Below, one piece after another: positions 22,853 through 35,575 of a stretch of 45,798 nt of DNA (the first letter of the stretch is position 1; each line of letters starts with the position of its first letter). The stretch spans positions 12,721,253-12,767,050 of the forward strand of contig NC_057750.1 in assembly GCF_004010195.1 (NCBI RefSeq). Direction: 5' to 3'. Below the pieces are notes generated by a model that searched no databases, was not told where the DNA came from, and saw nothing but the letters and a program-made list of their open reading frames with translations. A program made the position numbers and the translations under genes. This DNA is from Chiloscyllium plagiosum. Taxonomy: Eukaryota.

Positions 22853-23570
22853 TGGGACAGCATGGGGTTAGATACAGAGTAAAGCTCCTTCGACACTGTC
22901 CTCCATCAAACACTCCCAGGACAGGGACAGCACAGGGTTAGGTACAGAGTAAAGCTCCCTCTACACTGTTCCCATCAAACACTCACAGGACAGGGAAAGC
23001 ACAGGGTCAGGTACAGAGTAAAGCTCCTTCTACACTGTCCCCATCAAACACTCCCAGGACAGGGACAGAAAGGGTTAGGTACAGAGTAAAGCTCCCTCTA
23101 CACTATCCCCATCAAACACTCACAGGACAGGGGCAGATGGGGTTAGATACAGAGTAAAGCTCCTTCTACACTGTCCCCATCAAACACTCCCAAGGACAGG
23201 GGCAGATGGGGTTAGGTACAGAGTAAAGCTCCTTCTACACTGTCCCCATCAAACACTCCCAGGACAGGGAGAGCACAGGGTTAGGTACAGAGTAAAGCTC
23301 CCTCTACCTGTCCCCATCAAACACTCCCAGGACAGGAGCAGAACAGAGTTAGATACAGAGTAAAGCTCCCTCTACACTGTCCCCAACACTCACAGGACAG
23401 GGACAGCACAGGGTTCGGTACAGAGTAAAGCTCCTCTATGCTGTCCCCAACACTCACAGGACAGGGACAGCACGGGGTTAGATACAGAGTAAAGCTCTCT
23501 CTACACTGTCCCCATCAAACACTCCCAGGTCAGGGACAGCATGGGGTGCGATACAGAGTAAAAGCCTCCT
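22853..23570. repeat. minisatellite, about 69-bp unit, about 10.5 copies
   Basis: TACAGAGTAAA recurs 11 times at 64-70 bp spacing. Confidence 0.95.
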
Positions 23571-24529
23571 GTCCTCTACTGAACAAGCTGTCTCTACTGC
23601 TATCATCCCCCACCGTGTAACAGATTTTGAAAGCAGGCACCAGCCTGTGGGTTTGGTAACCCACAGCTGAGACCCGGTTTCTGCTGACTTTCTGATTGGT
23701 TTGTCTTCAGATCCGATACCCACTGGGACCTCTGTTTGGGATGGGCCAAATCCACTTCATGTGAGACTTTGGAAGTCAGCAGATAGCATCATCCCAGTTC
23801 CAAATCAAGGGCAGCTCTCCGAGGTGAGAGCTCACAATGCTAATCCCTCTTTCTGCTCCAACTGTTTCTTGGTGTGAGCAAAGTACAATCCGAGTCACAG
23901 GATGCAGTGGTTTTAAATATATAACAATGGGCAGAATTTTATTAATCTTCCTGACTCTGTACTTTTTCCATTCGTTTCTCTTGCTTTTCAATTTGCAGCA
24001 ATTACGTTGGAGAATGGAAAGTGTTCCTGATCGTTGTTTTAATAAAAATTGCTTTGAGTGATGTTGGCGTTGAGGGTGACACCGGCAATTATGTCCCTTT
24101 GGCTGTGTGATTGCTTAATCGTCACCCCCTCCACAGTGCTACTTATTACAGAGTTGGAGTAACAATGGTGGAATGTAAAAAAGACAGTATAAGGAGTGTT
24201 TCATGTCTCAAATATCAGCAGCCCTTGTCTACCTGGGTTGGTGTTTGTGTTTGGAGGGAGCTGTCTAAGAGGTGGGCTGCCCACACTCTATCATGTTGCT
24301 GCCTCTGGGTGCTGCTGCTCGTGAGAAAAATCCAACGGAACTCAAAATATTCTTGGCTCATCACTTTTTGATGAGGTGTCTTTCTGCAGTTTGCTCCTGG
24401 AAACACAACAACCTAAAGCTTCAACACTTTCCCTTCTATTTTATAGCTTCTAATCCAAATGCAAGCTTTAGTTGAAGTTATATCGGAAGATATTTGATAC
24501 TGTTGTGTTACGCCTCATGGTGGATATGT

Positions 24530-25082
24530 CAATAATCCTTTAAGAGACACCGTGTGTCAGTGTATCTTTAACAGACAAAGTGTGTTAATATACCTTTAAG
24601 AGACAAAATGTGTCCGTGTATCTTTAAAAGACACAGTGTATCAGTATACCTTTAAGAGAAAAATTGTACTAATATACCTTTAAGAGACACAGTGTGTCAG
24701 TATCCCTTTAAGAGACACAGTATGTCAGTATTTCTTTAAGAGATACAGTGTGTCAGTATCCCTTTAAGAGACACAGTATGTCAGTATCCCTTTAAGAGAC
24801 ACAGTGTGTCAGTATCCCTTTAAGAGACACAGTGTGTCAGTGTCCCCTTAAGAGACACAGTGTGTCAGTATCCCTTTAAAAGGCACAGTGTGTCAGTATC
24901 CCTTTAAGAGACACAGTGTGTCAGTGTCCCTTTAAGAGACACAGTGTCTCAGTTTACCTTTAAAAGGCACAGTGTGTCAGTATTCCCTTTAAGAGACACA
25001 GTGTGTCAGTATCCTTTTAAAAGGCACAGTGTGTCAGTATCCCTTCAAGAGACACAGTGTCTCAGTTTACCTTTAAGAGATA
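24530..25082. repeat. minisatellite, 28-bp unit, about 19-20 copies
   Basis: CCCTTTAAGAGACACAGTGTGTCAGTAT. Confidence 0.95.
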
Positions 25083-25419
25083 TGATCTAAGAGTATAATG
25101 ATCCCTTAATTCATCTTATCTCGGATCTCCTAAAGCATGGCATCCTGCAGAAAGCCAGTGTAGCCTATTAATTTAATATGAGCCCAGGTATGTGAGAAAT
25201 GAAATGTCAGTACGTCACTGTACCTGTACTAAACATCTGTTCAATTCTTCAGTGGCACAGTGGCCATGCCTAGCTTTTCATGTTATGGGGTACAATGTAA
25301 GCATTGTGTCTCAAGTAAAATACTCTGCTGAAGTCTTTTGTTGTTAGTCTTTTGGTCAGCATGGAGGCTGGGTTTATGACAGGTCATGTGACTGTACCCA
25401 ATACTTTGGCAACTGCAGC

Positions 25420-25543
25420 AAGGATCCTCCAACAGCATCTTCTACAACCTCTACCATCTAGAAGGACAAGGGCAGCAGATACATGGGAACACTACCCCCT
25501 TTGCAAGTTCCTGTCCAAGCCACTCACCCATCCTGACTTGGAA
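25420..25543 (+). mobile_element. LINE family B fragment
   Basis: RILQQHLLQPLPSRRTRAADTWEH; resembles a post-RT LINE region by recognition only. Confidence 0.5.
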
Positions 25544-26039
25544 GTAAACGTACAAATCATGGAATATCTGGTCATGTCATCTTTCGAACTTTCTAAACTA
25601 AACTGTGCCTATTTTCAACTGCTCCCTCTCGTGGGTGATGAATTAAAGATAAAGGTTTAAAAAAGGACATGTTGACCCCACCCCCCACCAACTCTCCACC
25701 CCCACCATGCGCCATGCTGGAAATGTGTATGTTACCATAGCACCTTGATGCTGACATGAGCATTGGGGTTGGGGGGTTGGGTGTTATTTGTCTGGATGGT
25801 AGGCTTGGCCCAGGATCCGGGAGGGGTTGGGTGGAGTTGGGAAGTGGGGGCGTTATCTGAATGGTGGATGTGGTCCAGGAGAGCAGGGAAGGTGCGATTG
25901 GGAATGCTAGTCTCTGTTCCTCCCACTTTGGATTCCATACTCCTGTCCTTAACCAGCCTGTGGCCTAGGGGTTGAATGTACCTTTTGGGCTGAGAATTTA
26001 GGTTCTCTTTGTCTTGCTTTTTGTCCTTGTTAAGAGAGC

Positions 26040-26500
26040 AGTTCATTCCTGGAGTGAGCGGATTGCCTTATGGGGAAAAGCTCAACAGGCTAGGCCCGAA
26101 AATCGTCTGGTGTCTGGGAGAGTAGGAGGTGATTGAATTGAAACGGATAAGATACTGAGGAGAGTTGACTTGGTGGAAATGGAAAAGGTGTTCCCTTTTG
26201 TGGCAAAGTCTAGAACCAGGGGTCATTATTTAAAAAATATGAAGGTGCTAATTTAAAACAGAGTTGAGAAAACATTTTTTTTCTATCAGAAGGTTTTTGG
26301 AATCCCTTCCTCAAAAGGCAGTGGATGCAGAACCTTTAAGTATTTTTTAAGGCTGAGGGAGTTAGGTTCCTGATGAGCGAGGGGGGTGAGAGATTATTGA
26401 CAGATGCAGGAATGTAGAGTTGAGATTAAAATCACGATCTTATTGGATAGCAGAGTAGACTCAAGGGGCTGAATGGTCTCCTCTTGTTCCTTGTGTATGT
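26040..26500 (+). mobile_element. CR1 3' fragment
   Basis: Decayed ORF2 end and 3'UTR GACTCAAGGGGCTGAATGGTCTCCTC. Confidence 0.75.
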
Positions 26501-26749
26501 GCCCATACTCTGTTAGAAGTGATCTGCTCGAGTTCCTGCACAGCTTCTACAGTGATGGTGACTGATAGTTTTGTCGACATCAGGTAGGTTGTGGAAAGGT
26601 GGAATTTTATTGGTTTTTGGGGATCCCCAGGATGCGCACCTAGTGACGATGGCTGAACTTAAGCTTTGGCGGACGGAACTCTCCCACACTCCTATCAGTA
26701 CTGCCAAGGGCTCATCGTCCTCATGACCTTGTTTACCTTCTACTTCAGC

Positions 26750-26836
26750 GTTGTATCGCCTCCGACAACGCAGCACTCCCTCGGCAGGCTGGAGTGTCAG
26801 CCTAGACGAGGTACACAGTCTCTACAGTGGGGCTGA
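26750..26836 (-). mobile_element. Deu-domain SINE fragment
   Basis: CGACAACGCAGCACTCCCTCGGCA is a near reverse complement of the 18668-18691 motif. Confidence 0.5.
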
Positions 26837-27479
26837 GATTCCCTGGGTACAGCATTTGCTTATGAAGCCGCAACAGACAATGGATCGTTCACCTACTGGT
26901 TCATGTGGAAGAATGGCCTCCTGTGTTTCTGAGGAGGGGGTGGGTAATGGGCTCTCAGAATCTCAGACCAAGCCTGAATCAAGCGTCTCCAAGTGATGTG
27001 GTGATGGGAATTGGAATTGAGAGAAAATACAGGGGACTTCAGAAAGCCTGTTAGAGATTTTTAGATTGCAATGTTAATAACCTGTTAATGACACCATTTA
27101 CATCAATTGCTCATAAGCAAAATAGAGCTGTGAGGGCACCTTGATAAGTGGCCATTCTTCTCTCTGGTTCTTATTAGGAAGAAATTACCCAAAATTAGAG
27201 TTGGCTCTGTCAGAATCAATGAGATGAATTGCAAAGGTTGTATTTCTGTCACTTGTGCCGTATGTGAGTTCAGTCACGTGGACCAGCATTGGTTAATGAT
27301 TCCAATTGGTGAACATTACTAGTCTGGTCATAATTAGGTTGCTTCACAAAAGGTTCTTACTGAAAACATAGGACATCTCGAAACATTTAGCCTCTCTATC
27401 GCAGGCTTTCCCAGTTCAACTCCGTGTCCTTCTGATTGTTGACCTTCCTTTGGAACCCAGGGTTTGTTTTCAGTCCATC

Positions 27480-28350
27480 AGCTCGTATCAGTTATTGGGA
27501 AAATGTCGTAATGAGTCCCATTCCCCTGCCCTTTCCTCATTGCTGTTCAACTTCTGTTCAAACTGTGAGTATTGATCTAATGCCTCTTTGAAAGTTATCT
27601 TTGATTTTGCTTCCACCGATGTTTCAGCTCCACCTTCTAAATCCTGTGGCCAAATTCCTCTCATCTGCAACCCCAACCCCCCTGCCCTGATTCCTTAGCC
27701 AATTATCTTCAAACCGTGCCCTCTCGTGACCTACGCTTCTGCCACTGGGAACAATTTCTTCTTATTGACTCTATCAAACACTTCAGGCTTTCAAGCACCT
27801 CAATTATATCTGCCCTTCACCTTCCCTGCGGAGAACGTTCCCAGCTAATCCAGACTCTGTATAACAGAACAAAACTGGGTACTGCAGATGCTGGAGATTA
27901 GAGTCAAGATTAGAATGGTGCTGGAAAAACACAGCAGGTCAGGCAGCATCCGAGGAGCAGGAGCCCTTCATCCTGATGAAGGGCATATGCCCGATGCACA
28001 GATTTTTCTGCTCCTCGGATGCTGCCTGACCTGCTGTGCTTTTCCCAGCACCACTCTAATCTTGACTCTATAAAAGATTATATCTAGAATAGCCTGGTGC
28101 TGTTCTAGTTAATCGCTTCTGGACTCTCTCTAAGGCCTTAACATTGTTCCTAAAGTGCAGGGCCCACAACTGGACACAATTCTCCAACTAAGATCTAACC
28201 AGGGATTTGGAAGAGTTCAGCAAAGCTCCCTTGCAGTTGTTCTCTCAGCCTTTGTTCATCCAGTCAAGGGTCACTCACCTTCCCAACAGCTTTCCTCGAT
28301 TTGCTTTCCCACCTTCCAGTGAGATCTCTGCTCCCACACCCCGATACTGC
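27480..28350 (-). mobile_element. old CR1 fragment interrupted by PLE derivative
   Basis: Decayed minus-strand CR1 motifs (CCACAACTGGACACAATTCTCCA) on both sides of 27865-28070. Confidence 0.6.
27865..28070. mobile_element. fold-back Penelope-derived element
   Basis: Inverted arms about 27899-27960 and 28007-28070; inner hairpin GCCCTTCATC-CT-GATGAAGGGC at 27963-27984; hammerhead GAAA decayed. Confidence 0.85.
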
Positions 28351-28387
28351 TTATTTCTGCCTGCTACGTCAAACTACAATACTTTAA

Positions 28388-29232
28388 CAAGTCGTTCTGG
28401 TATAACACGTGTTTTGTTAACATGAATTGGCTGAAACTCAATTGATGAATTCCGGACGCTGCTTGGATAATGTGAACTTTCTTCTGAATGGGTGTAGTGA
28501 ATTTCTATAGTGATCTTATAGAGTGTGATTATCTATAGTGATCGTATAGAGCGCGATTTTCTATCGTGATCTTATAGAGCGTGATTATCTATAGTGATCG
28601 TATAGAGAGCGATTTTCTATTGTGATCTTATAGAGCGTGATTTTCTATAGTGATCGTATAGAGCGCGATTTTCTATCGTGATCTTATAGTGCGTGATTAT
28701 CTATAGTGATCGTATAGAGCGCGATTTTCTATCGTGATCTTATAGAGCGTGATTATCTATAGTGATCGTATAGAACGCGATTTTCTATCGTGATCTTATA
28801 GAGCGTGATTTTCTATCGTGATCTTATAGAGCGTGATTATCTATAGTGATCGTATAGAGCGCGATTTTCTATAGTGATCTTATAGAGCGTGATTTTCTAT
28901 CGTGATCGTATAGAGCGCGATTTCCTATCGTGATCTTATAGAGCGTGATTTTCTATAGTGATCGTATAGAGCGCGATTTTCTATCGTGATCTTATAGAGC
29001 GTGATTTTCTATAGTGATCGTATAGAGCGCGATTTTCTATCGTGATCTTATAGAGCGTGATTATCTATAGTGATCGTATAGAGCGCGATTTTCTATAGTG
29101 ATCTTATAGAGCGTGATTTTCTATAGTGATCTTATAGAGCGCGGTTATCTATAGTGATCTTATAGAGCATGATTTTCTATACCGCACGGTTGCAGAAGAA
29201 CACAATTGTCATGTTATAGCAGAACAACATAT
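28388..29232. mobile_element. MITE-like DNA element hosting a minisatellite
   Basis: Terminal inverted repeats GTCGTTCTGGTATAACA 28391-28407 and TGTTATAGCAGAACAAC 29212-29228 (15/17); related to 34975-35192. Confidence 0.7.
28496..29180. repeat. minisatellite, 28-bp unit, about 24 copies, A/B alternation
   Basis: TGATCTTATAGAGCGTGATTATCTATAG alternating with TGATCGTATAGAGCGCGATTTTCTATCG. Confidence 0.95.
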
Positions 29233-29471
29233 GTTTGTATTTCTTTCTGTTAAATTTCATCTATGTCTTTTCCACCAGCTACCTCCTGATATCTGCCATT
29301 CTCATTGCTTGTCAGTGTCGCTTTTTCTCACTCCCCTCTGCGATGCCTGGTTTATCTTCCTGCTCTTTTAGCTGCACCCTGCACCACTCACCTATTCGAC
29401 TCTGAACACTGCCTTCCTTTCAAGGCCAGTATATTGGGTGAGCTGGTCACTGGCTTTGACGTAGAAGCGTT

Positions 29472-30890
29472 GAAAATGGGAACAGGAGTAGGCCATCCAG
29501 CCCTTCCAGCTGGCTCCATCATTTCATTTAATTCCCTTGCAGGACATGGACATTACCTGCTGGACCAGTATTTATTGCCCGTCCCTAGTTGCCCTTGAGA
29601 AGGTGGTGGTGAGCTGCCTTCAGTACCATTCAATATTATTATGGCTGATTATCCAACTCAGTCCTTTGTTCCCACTCTCTCCTCACACCTTTCGATCGCT
29701 TTAGCCCTAAGAACTATATCTAACTCCTTCTTGAAAGCATTCAATGTTTTGGTTCAAGCTCCTTCTGTGTCAGAGAATTCCACAGACTCCCCACTCTCTG
29801 GGTGAAGACATTTCTCCTCATCTCAGTCCTATCCCGTATCATTAGACTGTGACCCCTCCTGCCCCTGTTCTGGATTTTCCAGTCATTGGGAACATCCTTC
29901 CTGTGTTCACCCTGTCTAGTCCTTTTAGAATTTTATAGGTTTCTATAAGAACCCCCCCCCTTCATGCTTCCAAACGCCAGTGAATATAATCCTAACCAAT
30001 CCTGTCTCTCTTCATGCGTCAGTGTTGCCATCCCAGAATTCACTCTGGTAAACCTTTGACGCTCTCCCTCCATCACCAGAACATCCTCCCTCGGATTAAG
30101 AGACCCAAATGACACACAGAACTCCAGCTATGGTCTCACCAAGGCCCCTGTACAATTGCAGTGAGACTTCCCTGCTCCTGGACTCGAATGCTTGCGGTAC
30201 GAAGACCGACATACCATTTGCCTTCTTTACCACCTGCACAATAGCTTTCAAAGGCTGTCACCTTTCCCAATCTATCGCTCTTCAGATAATAATCACAGAA
30301 TCCCTGCAGTCCGGAAAGAGGCCATTCAGCCCATCGAGTCCACACTAACCCAGAGAAGAGCAAACCACCCAGACCCACCCTATATTTCCCACGGCTAACC
30401 CACCTTGCTTGCACATCTCTGGACACTATGGGGCAATTTAGCATGGCCAATCCACCCTAACCTGCACATGTGAGAGGAAACTGGAGCACCCGCAGGAAGA
30501 ACATGCAAACTCCACACAGACAGTCACCCAAAGCTGGAATCGAAACTGGGTCTCTGGCGCCGTTAGCAGTGCTAACCACTGAGCCACCCTACCACCTTAA
30601 TCTGCCTTTCTGTTTTTCCAACCAAAGTGGAGAACCCCACATTTATCCACATTATACTTCATCCAGCGTGCCCCCTCATTCAACCATCTCTGCATCTTCC
30701 TCACAGCTCACCTTCCCACCCAGCTTTGTGTCATGTGCAAACTCGGAGCTATTGCGTTTCGTTTCCACAGCGAGATCATTGTAAATGGCTGGGACCCAAC
30801 CACTGATCCCTGTGGTACCCTACTGGCTGCCACTCCAGGGGAAAAACAAAACAGTTCATTCTTCTCCGTTAACCAGCTCTGTATCTGTGG
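29472..30890 (-). mobile_element. CR1 3' fragment with nested LINE-B tail (29520-29622) and HE1
   Basis: ORF 29933-30115 RQRFTRVNSGMATLTHEERQDWLGLYSL; CR1 3'UTR at 29472-29520; continues after 30596. Confidence 0.8.
30293..30596 (-). mobile_element. HE1-type SINE
   Basis: Reverse A-box GCTAACCACTGAGCCACC, body and tail. Confidence 0.85.
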
Positions 30891-31551
30891 CTAGACTGAC
30901 TGCAGGGAAACCCAATCCCTGGGAGCTCAGGGTAGAAGCACTTGGGGAAATCGAGGACTTGGGATTTGGTCAGTGGTGAATAGCAGATGGATGGGTCAAG
31001 ACATGGGACAGGTCACAGCTAATCTTCACTTGTTGAGGATATCATCTACCTGACCGTTGAAGGTTTGACATGTCAAGGAAGCAGAATTTAATTCAAGATG
31101 CTACTGAGCTGTCCCCTGAGATGGCAGAGCATGGGGGCAAAGCCGCAGGAAGAAGACCAGCTTTTACAATGGTAGGTCCAGTCTTTTGAAAAGATATGCA
31201 GAAAGCCTTTCACAACACCCAAGTTTCGACTTTGCTTTTGAGCTTCTCCATGGCCTAACCACTTCCTATCTCCATAACCTCCTCCACTGTCACAAATCTC
31301 TGAGAATGCTTGCCAACAAATGTGACCTCTCCTCAATCCCAAATTTCCTTCACTTCACCATTGACGGCCAGGCCTTCAGTGTCCTGGGATCCTTCCGAAA
31401 ACTTCTAGCTTCTCTAGCCTTCAAGATCTGTCCTAATTTCTGGTCAATGGCTGTACCGTGAGGCCCTTTGAGATGCTTTGCTACAGAAAAGGCTCTATAT
31501 AATTGCAAGTTGTTGTTGTGACCTCTGGGACTAGGCACTGTCTGAAGGCCT

Positions 31552-31938
31552 AGCTCAGCATGGACTTCACCAGTTTCCTCATTTCCCCTCCCCCCACCTT
31601 ACCCCAGTACCAACCTTCCAGCTCAGCACCATCCTCATGACCTGTCCTACCTGCCAATCTCCCTTCCCAACTATCCGCTCCACCCTCCTCTCTGACCTAT
31701 CACCTTTATCCCCACCCCCATCCACCTATTGTACTCTTTGCTACTGTCTCCCCAGCCCCACCCTCCCTCCCATTTATCTCTCCACCCTGGAGGTTCCCTG
31801 CCTTCAGTCCTGATGAAGGGCCTTTGCCCAAAATGTCAATTTTCCTGTTCCTCGGATGCTGCCTGATCTGCTGTGCTTTTCCAGCACCTCTCTAATCCAG
31901 ACTCTGATTTCCAGCATCTGCAGTTCTCACTTTTGCCT
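31552..31938 (+). mobile_element. Penelope-like element 3' end with perfect 15-bp flanking direct repeat
   Basis: Matches 9550-9796; ACTGTCTGAAGGCCT at 31537-31551 and 31939-31953; decayed hammerhead at 31806-31840. Confidence 0.85.
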
Positions 31939-32824
31939 ACTGTCTGAAGGCCTGTTTGTCCTGTTTGAATGCAGTGGAGTTGGTGGTTTTATATAGGGTT
32001 ATTACCTCATTTGTGGATCCATCTTAAAACAGATGAAACCTTGGGACATTAGACTTATTAACGAGAGCGCTAAATTAACCATCATGTGTGGCCCGTGCAC
32101 ATTTATAGAACGCAGTTCACATGGACCAAAAGCTCAGACAAGCCTGCTGTTGTCAAAACGAAAAGGAGTAGGGATTTAATCATTCTCACATGTCAGATTA
32201 AATATCATTCTGCTGGCGAAGAGAATTTGAGGTGAAAGGTCAACGCTTCCAGGTACCACAGTATGTTCACCTGGGAGAACTTGCTGAGTTCAAGCAAGTA
32301 GTTCAAGCTGAAGGAAGAATAATACACTCGAGATTTCTTTTTTTTTTTGCAATGTTTGCTGTGGAGAAGGTTTTGGAGCTAACAGCTGCTTTAAGGATGT
32401 TTTCACGTTGTACTGGCCCTGCAGTATTTATCCGAAATAATAAGCGGTGCGTTATCTGTTTCTAATACAAATTACGCTGATTGTAAATAAATACTGCTGT
32501 GATTTAATCTATAATTGTCTGACCTTTGAGCAGAAGCTTTATGTACTCAGACGGGAAGTGGATCAAGACTATAGGAATGAGTGGAGGCCATTCAGCCTCG
32601 TGGGTCTCTTCCAGCCTTCAATTAGTACCTCAGCTCCAAGGACCTGCCTTTGATTGACATCCCTTTATACCCTTCCCTAATAAAAATCTGATGGTCTCAA
32701 GTCGTCACAATTTAAATTCATGGCCTTTAAAGACAAGGCCTTTTAGAGCAGTGAATCACAGATTTCTTCTCTCTTTTGGCATGTTGGAACTGTCTACTTC
32801 CCTCACTGGGAGAAATAGTTTGTT

Positions 32825-33280
32825 TCTTTTAAGAAAACTCTTTCATAGGCTGTGGGCAAGGCCAGCATTTATTGCCTGTTCCTAACTGCCCGTGAATCGA
32901 GTTTTTTGTTCAACCATTTCAGGGGACAGTTGAGAGTCAACTACATCACTATGGGTCTGGAGTCCTGTGTAGGCCAGGCTGGGTAAGGACAGTAGATTTC
33001 CCTCCCTAAAGCACTTTAATGAACCAGATGGGTTTTTACAATAATTGGCCATACTTCCTCCACTGAGACATGTTTTTCGAACTGCTGCATTATGGGCATT
33101 TTGAGGAAGCAGTCAATTTACTCGTGATTTATGCCAAGCTGATAGAACTTTGGAGGAGATTGGCAAGATAACTGGTGGATTTATTAGCACAATTCCACCA
33201 ACTAAAGATTCGAACCTGAGACCCCAGAATATTAGCCTCTATTCTAAATGCCTCGGCCAGCAACATCATCATGTCTCCCC
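32825..33280 (-). mobile_element. SINE family B, within decayed minus-strand CR1 (about 32570-33500)
   Basis: Core shared with 20090-20345; reverse B-box GATTCGAACC at about 33207-33216. Confidence 0.65.
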
Positions 33281-34974
33281 ATCAAAAACTCAAGTATATC
33301 CTTTGATCATTTTCAACACATCAATTAAATTATCTCTTCAAGATTCTGAAGTAAGGGAATAGAAAGAGTTATGGCTGCTTGTCCTCATAATTTAGCATTT
33401 CCAAATATTTTTCATCTTAATGAATTTGCACTAAACCCTCTCTCAGGTCAATATACCCTTCCTGTCGTGCCCAATCCTGAAGGAAAGGTTTCAGGTAGGA
33501 TTGAATAGCTGAGGCTGGAGTTTCCCCTCTTGTGGGCTTGGGAGGGTATTGGGAATGTTTGTGGCACCCATTGGGATTATTAACAAAATGGCTTGTGGCT
33601 ATGATGGGTTAGATGGGCTGAAGGGGCACTCCTGCCTGAAGCTGTTAATATTCTGAGCAGTGTCGATTGGCATAATGTCTGGTATGCAAATCACGAGAAA
33701 TGGCCTACATAATTGGTCCAAGGGCTCGGATTATAATCCCGTCTCCAGATTCCGGGGTTAGAAAGTGCGCTTGTGAAAAACCCCCTACAGAACCTTTCAC
33801 GTATTTTCAAATCCGGCTGGTCCCTATCACACACCCCCAGTCACATACTGACCAGATGCAAACTAGAAGTGATGTTATGGTGTCTCAACAAGATGCCCTG
33901 AGCCTAGGCCTCACCCCTACTCCACTCCTGTGCTGTTCTCCATTACCTGCACTTGCCCGCCTTATGGACAGTTAGAGAAAGCAGTCAATTTAGTTGCGAG
34001 TTATGCTAAGCTGATGGAAGTTTGGTGTCATGTAGGAGCTTGGAATTATATGAAAACACAAGAAAAATGTTTTTTTTTCCACCTGCTCCACCCATCTAAT
34101 ACCATCGTGGCTGACATCTGATGTCAAATTCACTTTCCTTCCCAAATCCCAAGGCTCAGCCGACACAATAGTGAGCATTTGCAACCCTCTGGTATTGAGA
34201 ATGACTGAGCACAACCTTCTGATTAAAGATGTATCTCCTCATCTAAGTCCAAAAGAGCCAGTCCTTGTCCTGTGATTAGGAACATCTCCATCCACAGGAG
34301 TCGGTCTCACAACCTCTCAATCATTCAAAGAATTAATTGTTTACCTTTCAATGAGATCGCCTCTCATTCTTCTGAATCCCAGAGAGTTTAAATCAATTTA
34401 TTCATTATCTCCTGTTAGGGCAACCTTCCCATTTTTCAGAAATCAATCTACTGAGCCTTTCCTTGTGAATATGAGTAACATATTCAGCCACACATAACAC
34501 TTGCAATTGCTTATTGATGGAAATGTCTGCCTAAAACTAACAGGGAAATGCACATAGCATAATGGATCAAGTTAATTCTGACAACTATTACAATCTCAGT
34601 AGAACTTGTACATTAAAAAAAATCACTAAAATATTTAAGACACAGCTTCTACGGTTCAAAGCAGATTTTTTTGTTACTGTACAAGAGTTAAACAAAGCAA
34701 ACCCTAAATATTATCTTTGATAACCTCCCATTCCCTAACATTCAGAATCAACATTACTTAAACATAAAGATGGCAAGATACAAATTACACAGAACTTTAC
34801 CACGCTCCATGTGGTATTTGGGTCATCAAACCTCAGACACAAAGTGCTTCGAAACTGTCTTCTTCACAGAAAAAAATTGAGCTTTTCCCCTTCTCGGATG
34901 TACACTGACCCCAGACAACAGCAGCGCACACAGAGCTCCAGCGCACACAGTCTTCACCAGGAGTGGAACATAGA

Positions 34975-35192
34975 GTCTGTTCTGATATAGCGCGATAGTT
35001 CCACTCCCGGGCAATCCCACGCAATAAGAAAATCGAATAGTGGAAGCACCGTTTAAACCAATGGGACTGGAATTGCGTTCTAGCCAATACAGGTGAGGAA
35101 CGTTTGGGTTCTAAAAATAACGGCCTAAATTCTTCAATTGAGTTATAGCCAATTTATGTTGAAGAAACACTCATTTTAGCAGAGTCAATGGT
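34975..35192. mobile_element. MITE-like element related to 28388-29232
   Basis: 35128-35183 is a near reverse complement of 28393-28451; degenerate TIRs GTTCTGATATAGC and TTTTAGCAGAG. Confidence 0.6.
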
Positions 35193-35419
35193 AGTTACAG
35201 AACGTTCTCAACTAACTCTGATGGTACAGATCTGACAATGTTACTCTTTAAGGAGCAGCAGCCAGTTATTCTCAGCTTCTGTTCTGGGTCTCTGTCTTCT
35301 TCTGTCTGCCTGTACTGTACCACTGGGCATGTCAACTGTGACTGCCCGGCTTGGTTAACTCTATGCTCCTTTATATGAGCCTCAACCAGTTTCACTTTCC
35401 CCAACAAACTTTGACTTCC

Positions 35420-35575
35420 AAATAAAATCCAAAAGACCCAGAGATGCCGTAAATCAGAAACAAAAACGGAAATTGCTGGAAAAGCTCAGCAGGTCTGGCA
35501 GCATCTGTGCAGAGAAATCATGTTTCGGGTCAAGTGACCCTTCCTCAGGCAAGTTCTGTTTTTGGTTTCCAAATC
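35420..35575 (-). mobile_element. second Penelope-like terminal family with hammerhead motif
   Basis: Minus strand CTGAGGA-A-GGGTC-ACTT-GACCC-GAAA at 35523-35548; short inverted arm TTCTGTTTTTGGTTTC. Confidence 0.7.

Noticed and set aside
22853..29180. Regularly spaced repeats as CRISPR arrays
   Set aside because: Units are head-to-tail with no unique spacers, there are no cas genes, and the context is vertebrate
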